DNA of 64,000 nucleotides from Oscillospiraceae bacterium (GTDB lineage Bacteria; Bacillota; Clostridia; Oscillospirales; Ruminococcaceae): NCBI GenBank assembly GCA_009783695.1, contig WRCY01000004.1, positions 8 to 64,007 of the forward strand, read 5' to 3'. Shown piece by piece: positions 51,559 to 59,142 of this stretch (position 1 is its first letter; each line of letters starts with the position of its first letter). The notes under the pieces were generated by a model. It saw only the letters and a program-made list of their open reading frames with translations, ran no database searches and was not told where the DNA came from. The position numbers and the translations under genes were made by a program.

Positions 51559-51936
51559 ATGAAAACAATTTTTATAGTAGATGACAGCAGAACAAATCTT
51601 ATGATGGCGGAGCAGGCATTGTCCGACCGTTATAATATAGTCACGCAATTGTCCGCGTCAATTATGTTTGAGGCGCTCGAAAATTCTATCCCGGATTTAA
51701 TCCTGCTCGACATAATGATGCCTGAAATTAACGGCTTTGAAGCGCTCGAACGTCTCAAAGCCGACCCGCGGTATGCTGATATTCCGGTAATATTCATAAC
51801 AGGCAACAGAAACGCCTTAATTGAGGCCCGCGGATACGAGCTCGGTGCCGCGGATGTAATCTACAAGCCGTTTACCAATTCTTCCATTCATAGCTGCATA
51901 GAAATGCAGCTGCGCAGATGCAAGCAGAATGACTGA
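51559..51936 (+). CDS. Single-domain (CheY-like) response regulator
   Basis: IVDD...LILLDIMMPE...KPF receiver motifs; no output domain; SD gaggag. Confidence 0.88.
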   Translation: MKTIFIVDDSRTNLMMAEQALSDRYNIVTQLSASIMFEALENSIPDLILLDIMMPEINGFEALERLKADPRYADIPVIFITGNRNALIEARGYELGAADVIYKPFTNSSIHSCIEMQLRRCKQND

Positions 51937-51942
51937 GATTAC

Positions 51943-54180
51943 TTAACCGTCGTCCTGAGCTTTCAGCCCCTCCACGATGTCAAGCCTGCGTACATGCCTT
52001 GAAGTTACCGCCGCCATAATCACGGTCACACCTGCGACAGCGGTTGCCGCGTAAAAATTGCTTGCCGGCGTAATTATTGAAGCAATTACAAAATTGTTGT
52101 TTGAGAATTCGCCCTTGATGGCTTCAAGCAGAAGAAATCCCCCTGAAAAACCAAGCGGAAGCGCGAGTGCAAGCTGCACGAGCGTTTCTTTTATATGCGC
52201 GGCAATTATGCTTTTATGCGGATAACCCATCACGCCCATAAACATATACTCATACTCGCGCGCCGACAGATTAATCAGCCCGACCGCATAAAGCACCGTG
52301 AATCCGAGGATTAACGAACAGGCAATCATGAACCAAATAAGCACCTCCATGCTCTCCATGATAGAATCAAAGCTGGTCTTATCATCATCAATAGTCGTAA
52401 ACTCCATGCCGTTTACGTTAAGATAATCCACCAGCGCGGGCATATCTGCGCTTCGCAAATAAAGAGTGTTGTACACCGGAGGAATCTCATCTGTCACAGT
52501 GCCCATATATTCAAAGCTCGTATAAAGTGTAAGCCCTACATGCTGCGGCACAACCGCACTGACAACTGCTTCATAACCGTTTATTTCGAGCGTATCACCG
52601 ATGCCCGCATCCCAAATACCGGCGAAATATTCGGGAATAATCACGCCGCTGTTCAGCTCGGTGTACGGAATTTTTACGAAGTCAAAACCATCTTCAACAA
52701 TTGCAAGCGGATAATGTTCACCTCCTATCTCAACGTGCAGAATAAGCGCACGGCTGCTCTCACAGGCTTGCGTTTCCGCCGCGTGTTCAAGCTCAGGCGG
52801 CATGGGATTAAAGCTGACTATAACGTCATAATTCGCGAAATCATCAAAAAATCGGCCTTGCGTTTCGGCTATGGAGTCATGAAAGCCGAGCGAGAACGCA
52901 AGCAGCGCACAGGAGCCCGTCATGCCCAGCACGACGGCAAGAAAGCGGCTTTTGTTTCGCAGGGAGTTTTTGAGCGCGTAACGGGTATTGAACGAAAACC
53001 GTACCCACACAGAGCCAATGCGCTCGATTAACAGCCGTCTGCCGCCCTTGGGGGTACGCGGGCGCAAAGCGCATGCCGGCATGAGCGGCAGTATGCGAAC
53101 GAGCGCAATGAGTCCCGCCGCTGCGCAAAGCAGAACGCTCACAACCACGGCGAGAACCCATAACACCGGATACAGCGCAAAACCCAGCGACGGCACCACA
53201 AACATCGAGGATAAAATAGCAATAATGCCGCCCGTCGCCGCCATCGCCGCGAAGCAGCCGAGCAGAGCGCCCATAACTGCTGTTATGCAAAACTGCAGCA
53301 GATATACGGCGATTATTTTTTTGTTCGGGGCGCCGAGCGCTTTCATAACGCCGATTTGCCTGCGGTCTTTCTGAACCGCACGGGTGAGCATTACATAAAT
53401 CACAACCGCGATTAAAACTGCAAAAACGAGCGGAAATATATAAGCAAAGCTGCCGAGTTCACTTAAATCGTTGCGGTACATTTCATAATTAATCTGGTCT
53501 TTTTGCATGATAGCCCGAAACGCGCCGATTAAACCGGCAAGCGCGTTTACGTCAGTTTCACTTTCGAGCAGCACAACGATTTCGTTATAATCAAAACCGC
53601 CGGGCTGCGCAAAGAATTCCGGCACGACATAAACCACGCCGAATCGGTTCTGCTGCGCCATCATCGTCCGTTCGTTCTGCACCATATAGATGTATTCGGG
53701 GTTTGCGGCAAGCCCCGTAATTACAAGCTCGTTTTCACCAAAAGCCACAGTATCGCCGATACCGAGCTTCATCGCGTCTGCATTGCGCTTCAGCAATATG
53801 CACTCGCCTGCATTTTCCGGTGGTCTGCCCTGGTAAAAATACGGCAGATTTATGCCGTCCATAAGTGAAACCGCGCGGAAAATCCGCTCGTCCTCCGGCA
53901 CGCGGAAATCGCGCACGCTGCGCCCCCGCGCCGCATAAACGCCGTCGGTTTCCGAAAGAACCCGCACGCTCTCGTCATCAAAAATCCCGTAAAAAGTCAC
54001 GTCAGCGTACGCGTAGTCGTTCATGTATTGTTCGGCTGTTTCCTCGTACCGCAGCATAATCGTAAAAAGCGTAATAAAAAAGCAAACGCCTACCGCAAGC
54101 AGCAGTACAAGCCCGAGCAGCTGCGGAACATGCACGCGCATTTTCCGCGCTGTTATCCTCGCGAAAACTCCCATCACCAC
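51943..54180 (-). CDS. FtsX-family ABC transporter permease (two FtsX domains)
   Basis: 745 aa with a duplicated 4-TM FtsX-like topology and large extracytoplasmic loops. The start overlaps the stop codon of the upstream ATPase gene. Confidence 0.85.
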   Translation of the reverse strand: MVMGVFARITARKMRVHVPQLLGLVLLLAVGVCFFITLFTIMLRYEETAEQYMNDYAYADVTFYGIFDDESVRVLSETDGVYAARGRSVRDFRVPEDERIFRAVSLMDGINLPYFYQGRPPENAGECILLKRNADAMKLGIGDTVAFGENELVITGLAANPEYIYMVQNERTMMAQQNRFGVVYVVPEFFAQPGGFDYNEIVVLLESETDVNALAGLIGAFRAIMQKDQINYEMYRNDLSELGSFAYIFPLVFAVLIAVVIYVMLTRAVQKDRRQIGVMKALGAPNKKIIAVYLLQFCITAVMGALLGCFAAMAATGGIIAILSSMFVVPSLGFALYPVLWVLAVVVSVLLCAAAGLIALVRILPLMPACALRPRTPKGGRRLLIERIGSVWVRFSFNTRYALKNSLRNKSRFLAVVLGMTGSCALLAFSLGFHDSIAETQGRFFDDFANYDVIVSFNPMPPELEHAAETQACESSRALILHVEIGGEHYPLAIVEDGFDFVKIPYTELNSGVIIPEYFAGIWDAGIGDTLEINGYEAVVSAVVPQHVGLTLYTSFEYMGTVTDEIPPVYNTLYLRSADMPALVDYLNVNGMEFTTIDDDKTSFDSIMESMEVLIWFMIACSLILGFTVLYAVGLINLSAREYEYMFMGVMGYPHKSIIAAHIKETLVQLALALPLGFSGGFLLLEAIKGEFSNNNFVIASIITPASNFYAATAVAGVTVIMAAVTSRHVRRLDIVEGLKAQDDG

Positions 54181-54878
54181 GTCACCTCCGACGGCGAAAG
54201 CGGCATGCTGTTCTCGCTCACGCTCTGCACTTTCCCGCTGCGCATAGTAATAATTACGTCTGCGATTTTTGCAATCTCACGGTTATGCGTGATGAGCACA
54301 ACCGATGAGCTTCCCTCGCTGTGTATTTTTTTAAGCACCTCCAAAACCATGATTCCCGTATTATAATCCAGCGCACCCGTGGGCTCGTCGCAGAGCAGAA
54401 CTTTCGGGTTCTTCGCTATTGCGCGCGCGATTGAAACGCGCTGCTGCTCCCCGCCGGAAAGCTCTGCGGGATAATGATTCACCCGCTCGGACAAACCAAC
54501 CGCCGCGAGCGCGTTTAAAGCGTCACTGCGTGTAAGTCCCGCGAGCTCGGTCGAGAACTCCACGTTTTCGAGCGCGGTTAAATCGGGCAGCAGGTTATAG
54601 CTCTGGAACACAAAGCCGATGTTCTCGCCGCGGAAATGCGTCATCTTATGCTTATTGAATGACGTTATATTAATATCGCTAAAAGCTATCTCCCCCACTG
54701 TCGGCGTATCCATGCAGCCGAGCATATTAAGCAGCGTGGACTTCCCCGAGCCGCTCGCACCGAGAATAACCACGAATTTGTTCGCGGGTATTTCTAAGTT
54801 TATTGCGTCCAGCGCGGTGACTTTCGCATTACCCTCGCCGTATGTTTTTGTGAGGTTTGAAGTTGTAAATAAATTCAT
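54174..54878 (-). CDS. ABC transporter ATP-binding protein (MacB/LolD type)
   Basis: [18 protein letters not shown] and LLCDEP motifs. Start at 54878 follows the cassette. Confidence 0.92.
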   Translation of the reverse strand: MNLFTTSNLTKTYGEGNAKVTALDAINLEIPANKFVVILGASGSGKSTLLNMLGCMDTPTVGEIAFSDINITSFNKHKMTHFRGENIGFVFQSYNLLPDLTALENVEFSTELAGLTRSDALNALAAVGLSERVNHYPAELSGGEQQRVSIARAIAKNPKVLLCDEPTGALDYNTGIMVLEVLKKIHSEGSSSVVLITHNREIAKIADVIITMRSGKVQSVSENSMPLSPSEVTW

Positions 54879-54953
54879 AATTCCCCTATCCTTTCCGCAC
54901 AAAAGCTCTTTGAAACGCCGATTTCCCGGTTTACGAGGATTTTATTTCAAACC
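54879..54953 (-). repeat. Leader cassette copy LC15
   Basis: Reverse complement: GGTTTGAAATAAAATCC..AAACCGGGAAATCGGCGTTTCAAAG..GTGCGGAAAGGATAGGGGAATTATG. The TGA stop codon of the upstream gene lies inside the TTTGAAA box. Confidence 0.75.
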
Positions 54954-55687
54954 TCTATTCCCTTATACTGCTTTTTTATTTTTATATTAAAGAAATTAAT
55001 CGCTTTTTGCGGACATTTATTAATACAGCGGTAGCAAACCGTGCAGTTGCCGTTATGAATCACCGCGTTGTTTTCGATTTTTAAATTTCGCATAGGGCAC
55101 GCAGAAACGCAAACATTACAAAGAGTGCAGTCGTCTGTAATTTTTATGTCCCTGTTTGCTTTTCTTTCTGCCGGTGCGAGCAGCGGAGCCTGTATTAACC
55201 CCAGCGCACGCGAGCCTGCGTTAAATCCGCGCTTCTTTACTTTCCCGCGCTTGATATTATCGCAGACCTTCTGCATTTTCGGCACGGCTTTTTCCGCGTA
55301 ACTTTTTATTTTTTTAACGCTTGTTGTAATGGGAGCTGTATTGCTCGGCATGAAGAAATGCTCGGCATAAACAACCTGCGCATGATTCTTCGGCAACAGC
55401 GCGGCGAAAGCCCTCGCGCCGTCCCCCGAAAGAATCTGCTGCGTACAGAAGATGATTAGCTTCCTGTCTTTAAGCAGCTCCATGTACCGCTGTGCAAACC
55501 CGCGCATAACCCTCGGCACCCGCGAAAAATAAACAGGATAGCAAAAAGCGATGGTTTGCGCAGATTTAATCAGCGTTTTAAAATCGAGCTCCTCCTCAAT
55601 CGAATGACATGCGCAGTTCATTTCCCGCGCGAATAGTTCCGATATGTATTTTGAGTTGCCCGTGCCCGAAAAGTAAAATATAATCAT
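54947..55687 (-). CDS. EFR1-family ferredoxin (flavodoxin-like domain plus 2x[4Fe-4S])
   Basis: N-terminus MIIFYFSGTGNSKYI. C-terminal CxxCxxCxxxCP motifs (CTLCNVCVSACP and CTVCYRCINKCP). Confidence 0.8.
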   Translation of the reverse strand: MIIFYFSGTGNSKYISELFAREMNCACHSIEEELDFKTLIKSAQTIAFCYPVYFSRVPRVMRGFAQRYMELLKDRKLIIFCTQQILSGDGARAFAALLPKNHAQVVYAEHFFMPSNTAPITTSVKKIKSYAEKAVPKMQKVCDNIKRGKVKKRGFNAGSRALGLIQAPLLAPAERKANRDIKITDDCTLCNVCVSACPMRNLKIENNAVIHNGNCTVCYRCINKCPQKAINFFNIKIKKQYKGIEV

Positions 55688-56355
55688 ATGCCTCTCCTCT
55701 CCCAGTGCGCTCTCACGCCGCCGTATCGGTCGCCTTTCCTTAAAACGAAAGGCTTGATTCCAAAGTTGAAAACAAAGAAATGAATTATAGAATTTGTTAA
55801 GCTTGCGGATTTATTTCCCGCAACTGCTTTATAAATCTTATCGCTCTTGCGTTTTATTTTCCCGCTTACAAGGGGCTCCGTATTAAACGGCAGCTTTACT
55901 GCAAGCTTGCCGAACGTCCTCGCACCGGAAAAAACGCACAGCTTTTTAAGCACTTTAAGCGCTGCGCCGCCCTCGGCGTTTTCATAGGTGACAATACCGA
56001 CTGTGTGCTTGTTTTTAAGCAGCTGCTCAATTACGAAATGCCCTCTGTCAATCAGCACTTTAAGCTGCCCCGAAACGTTGCTCGCATATGTGGGCGTCCC
56101 GATAATGACGCCGTCTGCGCCGTCTATCAAAGCGGAAATAAGCTCCGCATCGTCATCAATGTGGCAGGCTCCGGTTTTGTAGCACGCGCAGCACCCCGCG
56201 CAGAAATCAAGTTTATAATCCGAGAGGTTTATATATTTAATTTCAGTATCGCCTTTCGCAGAAAGATTATCGGCGAACTCACTGAGTATCTTCGCGGTTG
56301 CGCCGTTTTTGCGCGGACTTGCATTTATTATTATGATTTTCATTTTTATTTTCAA
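55684..56355 (-). CDS. Flavodoxin-fold NAD(P)H-dependent FMN reductase / iron-sulfur flavoprotein-like
   Basis: IIINASPRKNG N-terminus and Cys cluster FCAGCCACYKTGAC. The stop codon overlaps the start of the downstream ferredoxin gene. Confidence 0.8.
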   Translation of the reverse strand: MKIKMKIIIINASPRKNGATAKILSEFADNLSAKGDTEIKYINLSDYKLDFCAGCCACYKTGACHIDDDAELISALIDGADGVIIGTPTYASNVSGQLKVLIDRGHFVIEQLLKNKHTVGIVTYENAEGGAALKVLKKLCVFSGARTFGKLAVKLPFNTEPLVSGKIKRKSDKIYKAVAGNKSASLTNSIIHFFVFNFGIKPFVLRKGDRYGGVRAHWERRGI

Positions 56356-56357
56356 CC

Positions 56358-56942
56358 TCAGTTACCTCCGAAAATATAAGAAACAAGCGCGTCCATCAAA
56401 AGCTCTATTGTCTTAGGCACATCGTCCTCAATCATGCAGTTGCTTTCAAGCAGGCACGGCAGATGCAGAAAATTATGCACTACGCCGGGTTTTACCCGCG
56501 CGGTGTCAATCCCCGCGAGCCTGAGCAGCCGCGCATACATTTCCTCCTCCATCTGCTTTGCCGACTGCAGCCGACAGTCCGGCATTGCATTAAATATATC
56601 AATGATTTCATCGTGGTTCTGTGTGAAGAAAATCATCTCCGGCATAGTCCACAGGTTCTTCAAAAACCCGCGGATATCGCTCATTATGTCGCTTTTATTC
56701 TCGATTAACCCCGCTACCCGCTCATACATCTGTTCATGAATTTCATGAACCAGCGCGTACATATATTTTTCCTTCGACTCAAAATGCTGATAGAACGAGC
56801 CTTTCGCTATGCCCGCGGCTTTCGCGATGTCGTCGACACTGACCTTTTTTACCCCCTGCGACATAACGACAGCCATGCCTTTGGTGAGCAGCTTCTCGCA
56901 CTGCCTGCACTTTTCCTGCTCCGTCAACGCTCTCGGTGCCAT
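56358..56942 (-). CDS. TetR-family transcriptional regulator
   Basis: HTH motif VSVDDIAKAAGIAKGSFYQHF. Start at 56942 follows the cassette. Confidence 0.9.
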   Translation of the reverse strand: MAPRALTEQEKCRQCEKLLTKGMAVVMSQGVKKVSVDDIAKAAGIAKGSFYQHFESKEKYMYALVHEIHEQMYERVAGLIENKSDIMSDIRGFLKNLWTMPEMIFFTQNHDEIIDIFNAMPDCRLQSAKQMEEEMYARLLRLAGIDTARVKPGVVHNFLHLPCLLESNCMIEDDVPKTIELLMDALVSYIFGGN

Positions 56943-57010
56943 ATTTTTAATAAGTCCTTTCTTCACAATATTATTTTGATAACAACGTTTTCCCCGTTAA
57001 ACAAGGGATT
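56943..57010 (-). repeat. Leader cassette copy LC16 (lacks the 5' TTTGAAA box)
   Basis: Reverse complement: TTAACGGGGAAAACGTTGTTATC...GTGAAGAAAGGACTTATTAAAAATATG. Confidence 0.75.
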
Positions 57011-57036
57011 TCCGTTATGCGTGTTCTTATAAAAAC

Positions 57037-57079
57037 TATAATGACTATAATATCCTATTTGGTCATTATAGTCATTATA
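57037..57079. promoter_or_regulatory. Perfect 15-bp inverted repeat; candidate TetR operator/promoter
   Basis: TATAATGACTATAAT (57037-57051), 13 nt, ATTATAGTCATTATA (57065-57079). Each arm contains TATAAT-like hexamers. Located upstream of the tetR-flavoprotein-ferredoxin unit. Confidence 0.6.
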
Positions 57080-57111
57080 TATTATTTATTCATTTTTGTC
57101 AAGTGAAATGC

Positions 57112-57810
57112 TTAAATTATTCTTACAGTATCGTCAAGCTCCCGCCCGCCCGCCTCATAAAGCGCACGGCGCGCGATTCTGTCATTTTTAAGCTCTTTGT
57201 AGGCGTACTTGTACACGTCATAAATCAGCTTCTGCGGCACAACAATCACCCCGTCGCCGTCCGCAACGATTAAATCCCCGGGATAAACCGCGACCCCACC
57301 GATTGCAACAGGTATATCTTTCTCAAGGTAACGAATCCGCGCCTGGTCCATGCCCTGTGAAACATGACCGGTAAACACCGGAATTTTCTGTAAAATCACC
57401 TCGTCCGTATCGCGGACGCCGCCGCCGTTCAGCACAAAGCCCACCGCGCCTTTATTCACGCAGTTCAGCGTGTTGTTCGAACCGAGCAGCCCCACATCAA
57501 TCCCGCAGACATCAAGCGCGATAAAGTCGCCCGGGATTATATCGTCCGCCCACTTGTCGGTGCAGACATTGCCGTAGTACCAGTTCGACCACTCGGTATA
57601 TTCGTCGCCCGTAACCTTCGGCAATGGCCCCTCAAACGGAAGATACCGCGCCGTCCGCGCAAAGCCGGCATAGGTCTTGAGGCTCCGCCAAAGCGGTTTT
57701 ATGCTGTGGTGCATCGTGCCGTAATGGTGATAGCCGCACCAGTCCATGCCGTCGCGCACGTCGGTCACACGGAAGTCCTTGTACATTTCAAGTATTTCTG
57801 TTCTGTTCAT
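57112..57810 (-). CDS. RraA-family protein (regulator of RNase E activity A / HMG-aldolase-like fold)
   Basis: ...GDFIALDV...GSNN...GFVLNGGVRD... pattern. Start at 57810 (or 57822) follows the cassette. Confidence 0.75.
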   Translation of the reverse strand: MNRTEILEMYKDFRVTDVRDGMDWCGYHHYGTMHHSIKPLWRSLKTYAGFARTARYLPFEGPLPKVTGDEYTEWSNWYYGNVCTDKWADDIIPGDFIALDVCGIDVGLLGSNNTLNCVNKGAVGFVLNGGGVRDTDEVILQKIPVFTGHVSQGMDQARIRYLEKDIPVAIGGVAVYPGDLIVADGDGVIVVPQKLIYDVYKYAYKELKNDRIARRALYEAGGRELDDTVRII

Positions 57811-57891
57811 GTTTATTTTCATTAAGTCCTTTCTTCACAAATGAATCATGAAAACAGCATTTTCCCCGATTCAATTGTTTTATTTTCAAAC
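57811..57891 (-). repeat. Leader cassette copy LC17 (near-consensus)
   Basis: Reverse complement: GTTTGAAAATAAAACAATTGAATCGGGGAAAATGCTGTTTTCATGATTC..GTGAAGAAAGGACTTAATGAAAATAAACATG. The TGA stop codon of the upstream gene lies inside the box. Confidence 0.88.
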
Positions 57892-58320
57892 TTTGTCCTC
57901 CAATAGATTAGTTCCCTGTTCGTTTAATCTGCGTTCAAAATTGAACCCGTCTATTTCCGCGATTACAACTTCGCCCAAATACGAAATCCTGCAGCCATAT
58001 TCCAAATGCCCCGCATACGCGCCTTTACAGTCAGAAACAACCGCATGCAGGTGAGGAATACCGCTTGCTACCACGCCGTCAACAGACACTAATTCTAATG
58101 GTTGGTTTTCCCATTTCGCGAAATGCTTTTTGACCGGAAAATCTGTCGTTAAAACCATATACAGCGAACAGCAATCAAACGTGCCGATGCCCGAAAGCAC
58201 GACGGCGTTCGTTATATTCTGCTCCCGAATAAACGCCTCAATGCTTTCAAGCAAGTAATCACCCCTGTCAAGCCGCAGTACGTGTACTTTCCCGAACGCG
58301 CCGTTTGTGAATGATTTCAT
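57886..58320 (-). CDS. PPC (DUF296) domain protein
   Basis: ...VLRLDRGDYLLESIEAFIREQNI..AVVLSGIG....HLHAVVSD...GHL... is typical of PPC/DUF296. The ATGA start/stop overlaps the upstream ORF. Confidence 0.75.
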   Translation of the reverse strand: MKSFTNGAFGKVHVLRLDRGDYLLESIEAFIREQNITNAVVLSGIGTFDCCSLYMVLTTDFPVKKHFAKWENQPLELVSVDGVVASGIPHLHAVVSDCKGAYAGHLEYGCRISYLGEVVIAEIDGFNFERRLNEQGTNLLEDKV

Positions 58321-58679
58321 GTTTTTACCCCCATGCTCCATAATACCAAGTCTATTTTCTTTACGTTTGTTAATATATTAGGTATCAATATGTCGAACTG
58401 GTCAATAATATCTTGCGCGTTTTGTGTTTTTAAATAACTTGCATACCATTTTTCTATATCATAATAGGTTTTTATAGTTGTTTCCAATCTATCTTTTTGG
58501 TAGTATTGCGGATGGTTAATTGACAATTGAGTTAATACATTTTTGTCCCAAACAGGATTATCTGGGGTTATCGTTGCTAATAATTTACTTGAAAAAGACG
58601 CTTCTATTCTATTTGTTTTTTCGTGTATATGAGTTATTACATCTTCAAAACTTATATCAATGTATTTATATTGTTGCAT
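58317..58679 (-). CDS. Hypothetical protein (120 aa), AT-rich
   Basis: Long ORF in a visibly AT-rich segment. Translationally coupled (ATGA) to the PPC gene. No obvious SD and no family recognised. Confidence 0.5.
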   Translation of the reverse strand: MQQYKYIDISFEDVITHIHEKTNRIEASFSSKLLATITPDNPVWDKNVLTQLSINHPQYYQKDRLETTIKTYYDIEKWYASYLKTQNAQDIIDQFDILIPNILTNVKKIDLVLWSMGVKT

Positions 58680-58724
58680 ATAGTTGAAGTAAGCGCGGCA
58701 AAAATCATCATTATAAAAAAATTC

Positions 58725-58753
58725 TTGACATATCCATACTACTATGCTATAAT
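58725..58753 (+). promoter_or_regulatory. Consensus extended -10 promoter (candidate antitoxin sRNA promoter)
   Basis: TTGACA (58725-58730), 17-nt spacer, TGcTATAAT (-10 hexamer at 58748-58753). Confidence 0.75.
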
Positions 58754-58759
58754 TTAATT

Positions 58760-58840
58760 GAAAAGGCAGACCTAAGCGGTTGGCTAAGAGAAAAGATTAT
58801 TGAAAAACAACCTTACCTTTTGCCGGGGCGGTTGTTTTTC
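58760..58840 (+). ncRNA. Candidate antisense sRNA of about 80 nt (type I antitoxin)
   Basis: Bounded by the consensus promoter and the hairpin aaaaacaacc...ggttgttttt (58803-58839). Overlaps the 3' end of the convergent small toxin-like ORF by about 28 nt. Confidence 0.45.
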
Positions 58841-58899
58841 ACTTCTATGACAATCTGCAAAACTACAAACAAAGTAAGTAAATTTACTATCATTTCCAT
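58813..58899 (-). CDS. 28-aa hydrophobic peptide (candidate type I toxin; not in the ORF track)
   Basis: Hand translation: MEMIVNLLTLFVVLQIVIEVKNNRPGKR. Strong SD aaggaggtagtgctcATG. An upstream anti-SD (tttccttttc) is present. Confidence 0.55.
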   Translation of the reverse strand: MEMIVNLLTLFVVLQIVIEVKNNRPGKR

Positions 58900-59006
58900 G
58901 AGCACTACCTCCTTTCCTTAGAAGTATGCGAGAAAAGGAAACTCAGCCAACCGCCTATTTTAACCGTTATAGTTATGGTCTGCCTGCGGTATCCACCGCA
59001 TTTTTC

Positions 59007-59036
59007 ATTATAACATATACTGTAATATTTTGTCAA
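59007..59036 (-). promoter_or_regulatory. Near-consensus promoter for the toxin-like mRNA
   Basis: Minus strand: TTGACA (59036-59031), 18-nt spacer, TATAAT (59012-59007). Confidence 0.65.
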
Positions 59037-59038
59037 TA

Positions 59039-59062
59039 GCGGGCTCACGCCCGCCTTTTTTA
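59039..59062 (+). terminator. Intrinsic terminator
   Basis: gcgggc-tcac-gcccgc followed by cttttttatt. Confidence 0.8.
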
Positions 59063-59142
59063 TTCTGTAAAATCCCCCTTTACTTTTCCCTCAACATATG
59101 GTATAATACTTCTATCTATATCACAATGGAAAGGATTCCTAC

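Noticed and set aside
52540-53374. ORFs 52540-53031, 52877-53290 and 52988-53374, which overlap the FtsX permease gene.
   Set aside because: They are shadow or alternative-frame ORFs inside a well-supported 745-aa membrane protein gene.
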